The translations under genes and the position numbers were made by a program. Under the pieces are notes generated by a model. It was not told the DNA's origin. It was given only the letters and a program-made list of their open reading frames with translations, and ran no database searches. A DNA stretch of 54,366 nucleotides, the filler included, from Perkinsus olseni (Eukaryota), in assembly GCA_013115125.1 (NCBI GenBank). It is 2 parts of 2 records of this genome, joined end to end, with 100 filler letters (N's around TTAATTAATTAA, not from the genome) between each part and the next. Parts side by side here need not be neighbours in the genome. Positions count along the whole stretch, not along the records: positions 1 to 27,142 come from JABANN010000471.1; positions 27,243 to 54,366 come from JABANN010000472.1. The stretch is one strand, 5' to 3'. Below, one piece after another: positions 22,767 to 35,800 of this stretch (position 1 is the first letter of the stretch; every line of letters starts with the position of its first letter).

Positions 22767-25700
22767 ATGAGCGACACTCAAGCAATGGACCACACAGTTG
22801 AATCAGCAGTATCTGATCAGTTTCCAACTGCAACCACTGAGGGTAGGGGTGCGATCCCCTCATCAGGTAGCTTGGATATATTCCGCCCCGAAATCTCCTT
22901 CGTGGACGCTGCGTCATGCGTCTCCACTCTGCAGTGTGGGCCATGGGAGTCTCAGCCCTGCCAGATACAATGGAGCCTGGTCACGGTGAGGTGATGGCCA
23001 CAGAGGGGATGCTGTTGGTGATCGACGTCGAGCCATCGATGATGACAGCTAATCCGAAGGAAATGTGATGGTCGGACGTCTAGCCGAGATCATGCAGGCC
23101 GAATACCTTAAGATACGCTGACCTGTGCCGCAAGAACGACCTCCGTCCGTTGGAGTGTATCGAAGATTCTCTTGGGGATCCTCAAAGGAGCTTCACTGCC
23201 GAGGGAGTTTCATGTTGCATTAGAGGTCAGGTCAGAATGAGGGGAAGCAGTTTCTTGCAAGCCTCTTCGATACCGTGCTTGCCGAATAGAATGCCCCATT
23301 CATCGCGTTGTCCGGTAGCATGCAGTAAATTACCGCCGCTCCCATCAGACCCTGTCTCCTGTGAAGAGTCGCTTTTTGGTGGCACTCGGGTGTCTCTATT
23401 ATCAGTCTCCAATTTCCTACGTAGGTGACGGACGTCCGCAGTGCACCAGAGTCACCGCGGTTCACTGTCGTCTACTGTGCCGAGCCTTGGAGATCGCAGG
23501 CGTCAGGATAGATACGATCGACTTGTCCTATAACCCAATACAGGATGAGGGGTGCACGGCCATCGCATCGCTAGTACAAGGTGCGCTGTTACAACACAGT
23601 CCCCTTCCAGTCCGAGATGCTCCAATTCTCATCCGTAGGTGGAGCCAATAAAATCAAGCTGCGTGGTTGTATGCTGTCCGGCACGGGGGTCTCAAGGTTG
23701 CTCAGTGCCTTACGGTAGGCCTTCTTGCCCACAGAAGCTCGCTTTGAAGTGGCCAGTCTCTGTCGCCATTGATTCTGTCCGTTTGATTCCTCCATTCCTG
23801 TAATTGTGCTACATCTCTCAGAATCTTCAGGTCATCCTCGTGCGATACGGAAGAGCTCGATTTCAGTGACAATCCGATAGGAACAGCGGCCGGTGTGGAA
23901 ATAGCGGAGTACGCCTAACGCAATGATCTGCCTCTGGTCCATTCGACCAGCGATTCGCTCGCCAAACTCATCCTCAGTTGGTTGCGTCGTACTGCTGAGG
24001 AGGGGGCTGTTCTGAAAAGTAACGAAGGAGATGGAGGCGGCAACACAGGTATCGATCGTAGCACAACAGCCCATTGAAAAGAAATACGGCCACACCGCAA
24101 TCTTCCGCGGAATCACCTTTGCTCGGTACTCCGTCCTCTGGAGTGCTTCGATCACTGTGTCAACTGGAATGGTGCCAGTACTGCCAGACGGCCCGCCCTC
24201 ATCTCGTGCTCGCCAAAAACTTGGTTGTTGACGCTCTCGGATCTCACCTCGAGCGTTCGAGACCTTTCTCGGAGGCACTATCGAGGAGCGTGTTTGTGCC
24301 AGGACTGAAGTCACTGTTGGTGGATTCTTGCGACCTCGGCTACGACGCTGTGCATGCCATCATCAACGTGCTCGACCCAAATAATGCCGAGCGTCGAGCG
24401 GCGGTTGTCGAGGGGTTGGATATCTCCAATCCTCGTCTACAGAATCATCAGAACTCTCAGCTACTGTTCGAGCACATGGGCCGTATGTTGTCCAGTAACA
24501 CACGACTCCGGAAGCTGTACGTGACATCCGTGTGAAGTGACGCCGATCGAGATTCCGCTGGGGGGCATTGACGTAAACCTATTGTTGTCATTGCATTTGC
24601 CGTTGTGAGCTCGGTTTTATAACATGTATACTCCTGCTACCGCTGTCGCACGAAGACTCAAATATCTCGATGGCGGTTTCCTTTTGTCTCAACAGTTGGT
24701 TCGAGCAGGCACCTCGGCAAGATGCGAATGAAAGACGACACACTGAAGATTCTTATCGACGCTCTTGCGAGCAACCTCGATAACGAGATTGCTGTGCTCG
24801 ACCTAAGGTGAGCGATGCCACTTGTCCTTCCAGGAGTGGGCTCTCTTGTATTCGAAAGGTGCAACCTTATCGGGTGGAAGGGGTTGCAGGTATTGGCAGC
24901 GTACATTCAATCGGATTCGTGCAAGCTGACACACCTCAATCTGGAAGCCAACAGGATCGGTAAGACTGCAGGAATATTGGAGGTCCCTCCCCGTCTTCTA
25001 AGGGGGTAAAGCCGCATCCGTGATATAGAGTCCACAACGAGGGTGCAACTCACCCACTTGCGTGAAACGCCAACGTTGAAGGCATAGCGCACAACACAAG
25101 GCAACGCTTACGATCTCAAACACGGCATGAGGTATACAAACGCGCAGTGGTAACGCCCCAGACGCGACGTCCATCATCTCAAAACCTCTTCGGGGAGCTG
25201 CCGCTTCCGCGACCACGCGTCCGAATGACGACCTGATGACGAGGCTCCATCTCACCTGACGCGCATGGTGAGAAACGCGTTCAACCAACGCTGTGGGGCG
25301 CGCTACGCGTGGGAAGGCGTTGTGTCCGGATCATTGAACGCGTTATAACGTTGTTGACCCGATTAACTAGATGGACCTTTCTCAGGTGATATGTTGGAGA
25401 CAGCCGCGGTCGTCCAGTTTTGTCACGCAGTCGCACAACCGGGGGGCGGGATTGTAGCCCTGAATGTCAACCGCAATTCACTATGCGGGAATGCCCTACT
25501 TGCCCTCGTGAAGTGCGTGCGAGAGTGCGCCCCTCGCCTAGGGACAGTCATGTGGTACTTCAATGATTGGGATGAGGAGGCCAAAGAATCTGTGAGGCCT
25601 TCCACCTCTTCGTTTTGATCCACGTAAATTGTTGTGGATCCGTCATGGAAGACAATGCCTGCGTGCCAATCTTGCCTTGCTCCTTCATTCAGCTCAAGGC

Positions 25701-25818
25701 CATTCCACATCTGGAGTATCTCTCCACTGATATCTTCATACAGGAGGTATGTGACGAGAACCAGACTGCCTCGCATGCCGTTTATAATGGTAACATAGCA
25801 TGGAACTATGGTGTCTAG
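22767..25818 (+). CDS. RNI-like leucine-rich repeat protein (LRRC34-like), multi-exon
   Basis: LRRs: IDTIDLSYNPIQDEGCTAIA, SDNPIGTAAG, LKSLLVDSCDLG, LDISNP, LRKLHLGKMRMKD, LDLRCNLIGWKG, LTHLNLEANRIG, IVALNVNRNSL. Confidence 0.75.
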
Positions 25819-27142
25819 CATCAATGCCTCGGAGATACATCACTTCGAGCGTTCTCGAGTTTAAGAAAGAGTTTCGAGCCCAGAGTGGGCCCGAACTGGG
25901 TAAATGTCTTCAGAATTTTCCCGGGAAGAGCATTTGTATGGAAGCTTCCTTTTCCCATAGCGTGGCGGCATCAGGATGTGGCAGTGATGGGGCCTGGCCA
26001 CTGTACCAACCCGTGCAGTAGCAACCCGGGGTAGACGAGTGGGGACTGGCAACAGATCGAGGGCGAGGTAGCCATCACGGTCCTGGGTGACCACTGAGCT
26101 AGAGGCAGCAAAAAACAATGGTCTCACCTTCATGCCAGAAGAGGTGAAAAACAGGAAGACGGCATCTGCTCGGGTTTCGAACTTCGGAATCAAGCATGCC
26201 ATCGCCACCTGAATGCCATAAGCTGACACTTGGAGGCCCTCGGACTCCGAGGCTCGGAGGGCCACCCTCTAACTTCTCCCCACTGGAGAAACATATTCAT
26301 TCATTCTCGTACTATCCTCCCGTATCGGAGCATCCCACAATCGTAGAGTACTCTCGCTAGTTGTTTCCCTGATGCTGTTCTAGCTCGTTTTACCAGCCTG
26401 AGGGCCCATTTGCCGCACCAAAACGCTCCCACCCAAATTCGAACTCGAGGCGATTGCGTGCTAACAACACACTCTCGAGGAGTGCCTCCCCGCGCTGAAG
26501 CATTCTAGTGGTACCGATGCCGTGGCGACGCGCGAACCACCTTTTGGCCGGCCACCTCCTCTAGTCATGGGCCTACAGTTTTACGCGACAACGGCATGAG
26601 CGAGTACGCGATTTTAAGACCTGGCCTTCGTACCCGCTGGTAGAATCCCCTCAGAGCCTTCCACCGCTGCGTATCTCAGTTACGTGAGGGTGATGAGTAA
26701 CGATAACCCTAGTATGTCCATCTAGATGTGGATCAATCCGTTGGCCGCGAGATGTCGCAGTCTGCGACTCGCAGGGGCTGCTGTTTCATGGCCACGTTGG
26801 TCCACTTCGTGTTTTACAACTTCTTTACTGGAAACTGCTAGTCGCGGACCGCGACTCGCGGTTGTACGATCTTGTCAAGACGACGGCTATACCATCCGGA
26901 CCATTCACAACTTCATAACTCTATGCACAGCTCAATCGGTCTGTGAATCTTCGTTGAGCTCCTTTGAGGGAAGTTTTTTTGCGCGGTAAGTGCCTGACTA
27001 TATCTGGAGAGAAGATTCCGAACGGCGATGACCTCGATGTCTCACTGCCCGTTGTCAACTCTGGAGGCACTGTAGATTGGTGCCAACTCAACCTTGATAG
27101 TATGATAGGAAGTGATGTACTTATCTAATCCTAGACGGATCA

Positions 27143-27242
27143 NNNNNNNNNNNNNNNNNNNNNNNNNNNNNNNNNNNNNNNNNNNNTTAATTAATTAANN
27201 NNNNNNNNNNNNNNNNNNNNNNNNNNNNNNNNNNNNNNNNNN
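27143..27242. other. Assembly gap with artificial six-frame stop linker (N44-TTAATTAATTAA-N44)
   Basis: Exactly 100 bp. TTAATTAATTAA gives stops in all six frames, as expected of a scaffolding spacer. Confidence 0.97.
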
Positions 27243-27299
27243 GTTCCGTACTCGTCCAGGTGACAGTGCACGAGTCGAAAAACCGGATATGCTAAGAAT

Positions 27300-29840
27300 T
27301 TGTGGAGGGGTGTAGATATTTCATGAGGGTGCGGATGCCTCTGGTGGTTGCTACAGGTCCACAGCCTCGGTGAGGTGCCTGTGCCGTGTCATGTAAGCTG
27401 CGTAGCTGAAGGCCTGCGGAGAAGTGAACTCTTCAGGCGTAGGGTATCAGTCCTTACCCCTCGTAGACGCGGTACAGCCGCCAACGCTAGCGTGGGAGGT
27501 TTGTCCTCCTCCTCATTCTCATCATCCTCGTCAACCTCTTGAGGTGTCTGAGCACCGCCACGAGTCAGCTACCTCGGATGGGCGGTGGGGTCCCCACCTC
27601 CTCCGATGGGAGCTCAGCACCGCATAGGAAATGTAGTGCTGTCTGGTTCTCTGGTGTGCTCTGGGAGACCTAGTCGATGGATTAGCCTGGCGGGCCGTGG
27701 GCCACCATCCAGCAGTACCTTGCCATCGCTGGAGAGGATGTGACGAAGCAACGACAGCTGATGACGGCGGTGGTCGGCTGACACAACCCGAGGGGTTCCG
27801 AGACTTCAGATGCTTCACCCCACAGCTAACAGCTTTGTAGACAGAGTCACAACAGAGCATAAGGAGGGTGAGGTACTTTGGCAGCTCGACTGGCCGAAGG
27901 AGGTCCGGAGCGCCGCACCTGGTAGGTTGGAACTACGCGAGGACGATGCGCTGCTCCTCACCGCAGGGCCATGTCGCCGATGGCGGTGTTCAGCTGAGGA
28001 CGCTTGTCCCCCGTGAGAGCCTCCAGCTGCCGAACCTGCGACTTCCATTGCCCCGCCAGCAGGCCAGTATGTGAACGCTCGGGTTGTCGGCTCACAGGCT
28101 CAACATGATCATCCATAGCCGCTCGCTTGATGGCGTGCATGCTACTGCCGTCGGTGAGGGCCTGGTCGGAGAAGAGGGCTCGGAGGTCCGAGTGCTTGGC
28201 AAGCTCAGCTGAGGGGGACAATCATCGCACTGTAGAGTAAGGACAGGGAGGCCTTACGCAGCATACCCTCCCATCCTCTGCTTACCGAGTACCTGCAGTC
28301 AACCGGGGGTGGGTGGAGGTGGGAGCTCGCCCTTAGCCACTGCCCGCGAATGGATACCGGCAGGACCTCTGATATACCTACCACGCTGCTGAGCGTCCCA
28401 GGGAATCTACCACAGTAGCATCTGTGTGGTCCCTACACGCGTCCACGAGCAGCTTTACTGCCCCCACCCTGACGGAACACTATCCATGCCTAATTGGTTG
28501 GAGCATCCCTACCTGCCTAGGGCCGAAGCCATTACCAGTGGGCTCTGCTTCCGCCCAGCCAGGGTCTTAGCATCTAGCGTATCTAGCTTACCGGTCTCGA
28601 GGGCCTTGTGGATGAGGTAGTCCAACACCTGTGTTGATGACGTTGTGTCGTTACACCCTGCCTCAGCCGCTACCTCGATGTGGTTGTACTCTATCGCAAT
28701 ATGGAGACAGTTGCCACCAGAGGCGGCAGGGGGAGGGGGCCTGTACAGCCGCCTTATCAGCTCTTCTCTCTCTTGTGCCTTGGCATCCTTCCCACCGCCT
28801 AATGCACCTCACCCTCGGCCAGGCTCACCCTTCTTGTCAATCGTTACCGCCCTTCTTTGCGTCCTCCTTCCCTTGTTTCGCGGCCTCCTTTCCCTTCCCG
28901 TCCTTCCCTTTGGCAGCCGATTTTGCCTTGGCTACCGCCTCCTGCTGTTGCTGGCCCGAGAGGCTCGTGCCTGGCGTCGCTCTACACCATGGATGTAGTC
29001 CGCAGTGCTCCTACCATCGTCGCGAAGGGAGGCGTCACCACCCAGTCGCTCCATCATCAACTTCACTAGAGGCAGGTTGCCATTGCGGACTGCAACCTGG
29101 GATGCTCAGTCGGGCAGCACTCGGCCATCGCATGCCATCGCGTTCCACTACCTGTAGGAGGGTCCATCGGCGTAGTGCCTTCGCGCGCAAGTTGACGGAT
29201 ATGTTGAAGATTTGGCACAACCTCGCCACTTCGGTGGTTAGCTCAGTAGTATCTGTCCGACCATCCAACGGCACCCCTGAGAGTAGCATCACCAGCATGG
29301 TCCTCGTGCTGAGCCGTGGACGACACCACCAACTGCCTCAGTCGGGCCTCCGCCGCTTCCCTAACAGCTACTTGTTGTGCGGCTGAGGAGGGATGCACTC
29401 TGGCTTAGCCCCCACACTGCTCAGCGTACGCGTCAGTGCGTAGGTCTTCGTTGCCTGCTTGCCCTTCTTCTTCCCTTTCTTCTTCCCAGCAGCCTTCTTA
29501 CCCATGTTGAATTAAACAGTCCCTTCCCAGCCCGTTCCTCAGACGCACTGCCTCTATGAGCATACCACCACCGATGATACTTCATCGTACTCAACAGCAC
29601 AGGCAACCGTGATAAGAGGTCTCTGGCTATGTAATAGTGCAGCACTATTAGTGCCCATGTTACCCTTCCTTATCAGTCTTATAATACTAGTTGCTGTTGT
29701 CTCCTCAGGCAGTCTCGACCTTACTCCACTATGCTTCATACTCTCAAGTTCATAGTGGGATTGATGCTTCCCATTGTGCTCCTTCGAACCCTCGGAGTTC
29801 CTCAACCATAAAGCACCTGCGAGCCAACTTCGACATCCCG
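27300..29840 (-). CDS. Multi-exon ankyrin-repeat-containing protein (ends approximate)
   Basis: Minus-strand exons read GGNCLHIAIEYNHIEV / VLDYLIHKA..KQSPLVMASALG / WGAVKLLVDAC..DSLGRSAAW (about 28380-28720), which resembles the ankyrin consensus. Confidence 0.55.
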
Positions 29841-30149
29841 TCTCGCTGTTCTCGTTCTTGGCGATCCTGTACTCCCTGCCCTCCGATGAAAGTCTAGCGC
29901 GTTCGTCGCGTTCAATCGTCAAGACTCTTAGTCCAGGAACCAGCAGTCTCGAGCCGAGAGAGGCAAGGACGAAGGTGCAGTGGTCGTCCGGCCGTCTCGA
30001 AGTGATACTGCCTCCGCGCAGTCCCCCCCCTCGTCCTCCCTGGGGAAATAAGATTCTCCCGTACCCAGGACTCCTCGGCTACTCCTTAGCAGCAGAAGGA
30101 TTGAGCGACTAAGCGAAAATCCAGGGCGGAATGGTAGTGGGACATCATC

Positions 30150-32445
30150 CTAGGAAGGCATGCCGGTAAACTTTGCTTTGGTAAAGACGGCCTCCTCCAG
30201 TCGCTTCAGAGCATCCTAAGAGGGGTTACATTATAAGTCGACAAGAAGGCAGCATGGCGGCGTCCCATACCAGTTTTTGTTTGAAGTCCTCAGCCTTGAC
30301 TCGACTCCGATCTGACACCTCCCGACCCCTCTCCAGTACCTTGCGTACCAGGAGTTCGTTGAAGTGGTAGGGGCTTCCTGCACGTTCGAGTGGCCGGGAC
30401 TTGGTCGACGCTGTAGCCCTGTCGGATACTCCGCTCCCGACGCCGCCGGTCGGCCGGGTCGTGTCAGGGCCACTCTGTCGCCGATCAATTGGAGCATCGG
30501 TGCTATGGATTGCCGCAGCAGTCCCGCTCGTCGACTCGACAGCAAGAGGCTTGCCCTCAGGGCGGCCTCTAGTGAGTGTACTGTCGAGGCTCGCTGCCCA
30601 GGGGACCTGGCTAGCGTCCACCATTGCTGGCAACGGCCGTGGCACCCCCACAGGCGCTCGTCGGGGTGACGCTGGTACGAACACTGGCCCTTGGTACCTA
30701 CAACGAGCGGACTGTGGGGCATGAGATCTCTCTCAGACACTCACAGTTCCACTCCTGATGTCCTCCGAGGGGTGACTAGAGGCTGTTGCGCCCTTTGTGC
30801 TGCCGGTAGACTGCCCACTGACGGCGGTGATTCTGGACGAGACCTAGCAAGAGCGGCATACAACAGCGGAGTGCTGGAGGGCCACGCTACCTGGCCGGGC
30901 TTTCTAACTCCCTCGCTCCCGCGGACAGTGGCGCTGGCATCTGCGGTAGGCCTCGATGGGCAGTCGGCCGCGGGGTGCCGTTGCGTTCACGCCTTTCTGC
31001 AAGCTTGCGACGAAGCTGTTCCACGGTTGCATGCAAATCCTCTTCGTGCCTAGCGCGCTGGCTGAGACCTTCGTTGAGCCTCTCAGTCTGCTTACAACAG
31101 AAATAGAGTCAGAGAGCAGCGAGGAGTAGCCTCACCTCCGTAGCCATACACCATCTCCTCCAGGCACTCCACGCCCTTCCTAGCACCAATCGGCCAGCCT
31201 CCCCGGCCCACTTGTCGCCGAGAGCCAGTATTCTAGCAGTCACTGAGGGGTAGCCGAAGCTCGTCATGAGCTCATCGTGTTGTTCCCCGCTTACCCTCCA
31301 CTTTGTAAGAGCAGTAAGCATCCACCAGGGCTGCGTATGATGATTGATTGCTTTCATCGACTGCCTCATCGGTCTGGACGAGCCGGTCCACTTTCGTGCT
31401 CTGCGATCGTCCGTTCCTCCCGGCGGCTCCACCGCCCTCTTGTGTAGCAGGGAAGCGCTGAAGAGAAGGAAGGACCCGGATCATGCCGGTTGCACAGCCG
31501 CTACGGAGCCGGCTAGGAACGCAGTATCCTCACCTTCCCTCGCTGGTACCTCGAAGTCCCATGAGACCTGCGTCTAGGGAGGCTGCTCTCAGGCTCATCC
31601 CTCTTGCTCGGAACACTCAGCAATGCCGAGCTCAAGGACTCGACCGAGGGGCTGCCATCCTCGGTAGGAGCGGCCGCCATGACCACCGCATCTCGGCACG
31701 GACGAGACTCTGTACCGACGCCCGTCGACGTCTTAGGCGGCGGCCCATGACGGAGGTACACCATTCTTGTCTTCACTCCCTTCCACGTTTTTCGTGAGGA
31801 GCTCAGGCACCCATCCAACCGCTGCTTCAACTCCGGCAATCCCTCGCGCGCCCGCGTTATAGCGGATCGTACTCTGCGGTACGCCCGTACGGGCAAGTTG
31901 GAGGGCAGGCAGGCCGAGCTTCGCCCACCATTGGATTTGGGCTCCCCTCCGGCCATTGTGGACTTCCCAACTGCAGCCAAGTCGATTACTGCTTTATTGA
32001 CAACGCTGTGCCACTTAGTGGTCGCACGAACGGCAATAGGTAGTGAACACGGTGCAAGGGGCACAAGCCTGGCAATGATGCATGGGTAGAAATCATGGAC
32101 GATGGGGTGGTGGGGGAGGGAGCCCACTAGGGCCTCGACCGGACTGCCGGCCAGGGGTCCTGGGCGAGACTCCACCTCCGAACGAACCTGAGAGCAAGTA
32201 CAGTTCGCTGAGACTGAAGGGTAGATGGTCACTACCGGGCCCTCCATGAGCAAGCGCAGCAGCAGGGGCTGAAAAAATGTGATCGGTCGAGCACGATGGT
32301 GAGGAGGGATGACTGCCCTACGCTGGCTGCCGCTCGAGCGACTCCGGGCTGACGTCGGTGATGGAGGTGCTACTCGGCGAGGGGTCGACGGGGCACTCCT
32401 CTCTAGGTTGCCGAGAATACCAGCGGCCCGATTGCTCTCTGCCAT
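30150..32445 (-). CDS. Multi-exon hypothetical protein, low complexity, with one Sfi1-like Trp motif
   Basis: Start MAESNRAAG at 32445; exon-like ORFs including LGRAWSAWRRWC; final exon DALKRLEEAVFTKAKFTGMPS* ends at 30150. Confidence 0.5.
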
Positions 32446-32874
32446 TCGTCCGAGGGAGAACCTAGAGGGGACGATCCACGGTGGCCCGTACATGAGGGAC
32501 GAGGCAATGAGCTTACTTTCCCTTGGGGGACTTCGGAGGGGACTCTGCTGGCTTGTACTTAAGCAAACTGCTGGTAGCCGAGAGGTCAAGAGGATCCGGC
32601 TCGGGCACTGCAAAAGACCAAGTTTGATGGCCACCCGGATGCTAGCCCTGACCCTCACCTTCTTCGCTTCTCTCACCGATCTTCAGATGAGGGGGAGGAG
32701 CCTTTCGGCTAGGGGATGGAGGGGCCTGTTGAGCGAGTCCAGCAGTGGATGTAGCGGCTATCTCCCACTACTTGCGGCGAAGGAGCAGTACTGCCATCAG
32801 CACCTCCTTCCACTTCGACCGAGGTCTCGACACCCCCTGGTAGGGATACGGGAGGGGACATAGCAATGGTCTCG

Positions 32875-35800
32875 TCAGAAGGGGGAACCTGATAAATGAG
32901 TATCCTGGACTTTTGGATGCTCACTCGGGTGACCTCCTCTGAGGGCCTCCGGGGCAGAGGGTTGCTTAGTAAGAGGCTCTCCACAGATCTGTGGGTCTGC
33001 TCTAGAGGGTCCTGGTCCAGACCCTTTTCCTGCTGCTGACCATGGATAGGACCATGCGTTTACGTCTGAATAATTAGCACTCACCTCGGGGGCCTCCACC
33101 GTGTCATTGACTGTTGCGGCTGGTACGGGTGCGTTAGCTTCCTCAGCTGCAGAGGAGAGTGTCGCATGCTCCTGCTCGGCCGGAGCCTCTGTCTTAGTCG
33201 AGGGGACGCCGTCCTCGGGGCCATCAGGAACAGAGAGAAGTGCCTTCGACTCGACGCTGCCAGCGGAGGGCTCTTCTCCCGCGGGATGGCCCGCATCCTC
33301 ATTAACATTGTCTGGGGGCTGCGGTGGCTGCAGTGGCTGTGGAGGTGGTGGCAGCACACTCGGCGCCCGCTGTCGGCCGATCTAAATAAGGAGTAAATTA
33401 CTAGACACCAGCAACATGCCAGCCACCTACCGGCGAATCGTCGGCTCCCCCCTCCCCGGTGCTAACTCGTGATGCAATCAGAATATCCTTAGAGAGAGTT
33501 GGTCCCTCGGTCTTGCCGAGTGCACCACCAACGTCGGTTAGATCATGGTCCTGAGGAGTCAACGTCAGCTGTCGACCTTCTCCCTACAACAGCCATGGAT
33601 GATACCCCACTGCCCGCGGCCCAGTCCGTGGGACAGACCACGATGACGATCACCTTAGCATGGTCATCAGTGAGCGGCAAGGGAACGACCTTGTCGCGTC
33701 TACTCCTCGACCACAAAGCATCGAACATCTCCTTCTTGTGACTGGTGAAGGATTGGCCGAGAGCCGCTAGTCCCTTCCTCCCCGACGACATCAACGACGC
33801 AACCTACAGCAACAGTCGACTTGGCTGATGGGAGAACGTCCAATCTCACTGAAACGCTCAATCTCTGACCGAAGGCGTATGCCCTAGCCGAGAGAGGCCC
33901 GCCACGAGTCGTGGTCCACGACCCCGCTTCTTCCTCCGAGCCAATACGTGATAACGGCCAGACAGAATAAGCCCGCTCACCTTCCTGTTGATGTTGGATG
34001 TTGACGGCGGCGACGGGCTTTCTGGTCGAGCATCCTCATCGCCCCCGGCTCTGTTGTTCCCCGAGCTCTCGACTACTCCATCGCCAGGTGCTTCGACTGC
34101 GAAGAAAGCTACAAGTCTCGTCAGCGAGGGCAACCACTGAGCTCACCTGAAGCTGCTGCCCTCTCTCGGTCGTCCTCGCCATCCTCCTTCAAGCCCGACT
34201 CTCCTTCCCCCTGCCATGCAGGCAGAGGGCTCAACTCCTGGTTCAGGAAGCCTGAGAATGTATACCAGTACTGAGGTGGCAATGGAAGGAGCTTCTTACT
34301 GGCTGCTGCAGTCCTCGGCGTCAGAGGCCTCGGTAGGGCTACTTCAGGAGGGGAGTCGGGTCGGCCATAGGGGTCGTCCCAGTACACAGGCTGTCCATCG
34401 TACGGGTAGGCAGGCAAGGCAAGCATGGGCGTTGGTGGTGGAAGGGCGTACTCCACGGGCGGGGTCATTGGCCGCATCGGCATGGACGGCGGTGCCTGTT
34501 GCATCATCGGGTGAGTCAGAATCTCCACCGAGTATCTTAGCTCACCATGAGCTGCGGCAGAGGAGGTCGCGCTTCGTACATCGGGGGCGCATAGAGAGCG
34601 CCGAATGATGCCTGGAGTCGGTGAAGATGGGGATGAGCAAGCGTGATGCAAGAAAGCCTACAGTCCTGCTTCGTGGTGGCGTGGGGACCGTGTCCAGTAT
34701 AGCCAGCGGCTTGGGGGCCGTGAGTCCTTCCGGCGTTATACCGAACATCTCGAATGCCGTACCTCGCAGCCCAGGCATGGCTGAGGCGGCGACAGCGGTG
34801 AGGCTGAGCTACCTCTCTTGTAGCCGATAGAGACGTAGTAGTCATCCCATTGCTTTATGAAGTCAAAGCTGGGCAGGTCGTCCTCACCGAGCATCGTCGT
34901 CGTACTATCATCAGTAGTTGCCTGAGCCGTCCCAACACCGGTGAGCCGACAGCGCTGTTCCCAATGCCCTACCAAGTTCTGTTTCTCCTTACGCTTGGAG
35001 CGGCGGTACAGTGCGAGTGCCCCAGCCGCAGCCAACATGCATACCAGGGCAGCTACGAGGATGACCGGCCAAGTAGAGCTGGCCTCCGACGCTGGGCCAG
35101 CAGGGCCGACATAGAGGCCGAAGTCACTGCTGGGTCCGACTTGAATGACCCCACCAGTCACAGGCTGCAGCTCATAATGTGACGCCTTGCTGCAGGGCTC
35201 GACCACCTCCGATGCCACCGCCCCTGATGTCGCTATCTTACCTGGCCAAGGCGACGATGGTCGGACGTGGAAGCCTGTTGTGGCTTACTTGCAATGTAGT
35301 CGTAGTCACAAATGCATACCCGTACCTGCAGGACAGCTTGCCCGTATTATTGCTACTACTGTACTGTGGTTGTGCAAACTCACTGTAGCTTCATTCGTTA
35401 TCCTTATACTGGACACACCATCACCACACACTAGACGCTGATCGTGATGGCCGTCGTAGTTGCAAGCAGCACCACCGTAGTGGGTAGCATTATCGGCCCC
35501 ACACTGTGCGGAAGAGGCCGAGAAAAGCATCACTCGGTCCTCTGCTGGGGACAGCTTATCCCCATCTACAACGACTTTGAACGGGACGCCGGCGGTGATA
35601 TCGGGCGGGACGGTGGTGGCTGACTCCACTACGGCTACTGGGCAAAGGTCGGTGTTGCACTGCACCGTCTTGGTGAGGAGGGACTCGATCGGACAGGCCG
35701 TACCCCCGCCTCTGGACGTGACCAGGATGTTCCGACGGAATGCTTGGGACCCGGTACCGCATGGCTTGGAGCAGTCCTCCGCCGCCCACCAATCGCCAAC

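Noticed and set aside
25861-27142. Possible mobile-element remnant before the gap
   Set aside because: No transposase, RT or terminal-repeat signature could be identified by eye.
27143-27242. Palindromic TTAATTAATTAA inside the N run as a biological motif
   Set aside because: It is an artificial scaffolding spacer. It also means adjacency of the two halves of the window is not proven.
28631-29386. 251-aa plus-strand ORF, considered as a retroelement gag/ORF1
   Set aside because: No zinc knuckle or RT motifs; it is antisense to the ankyrin-repeat gene exons.
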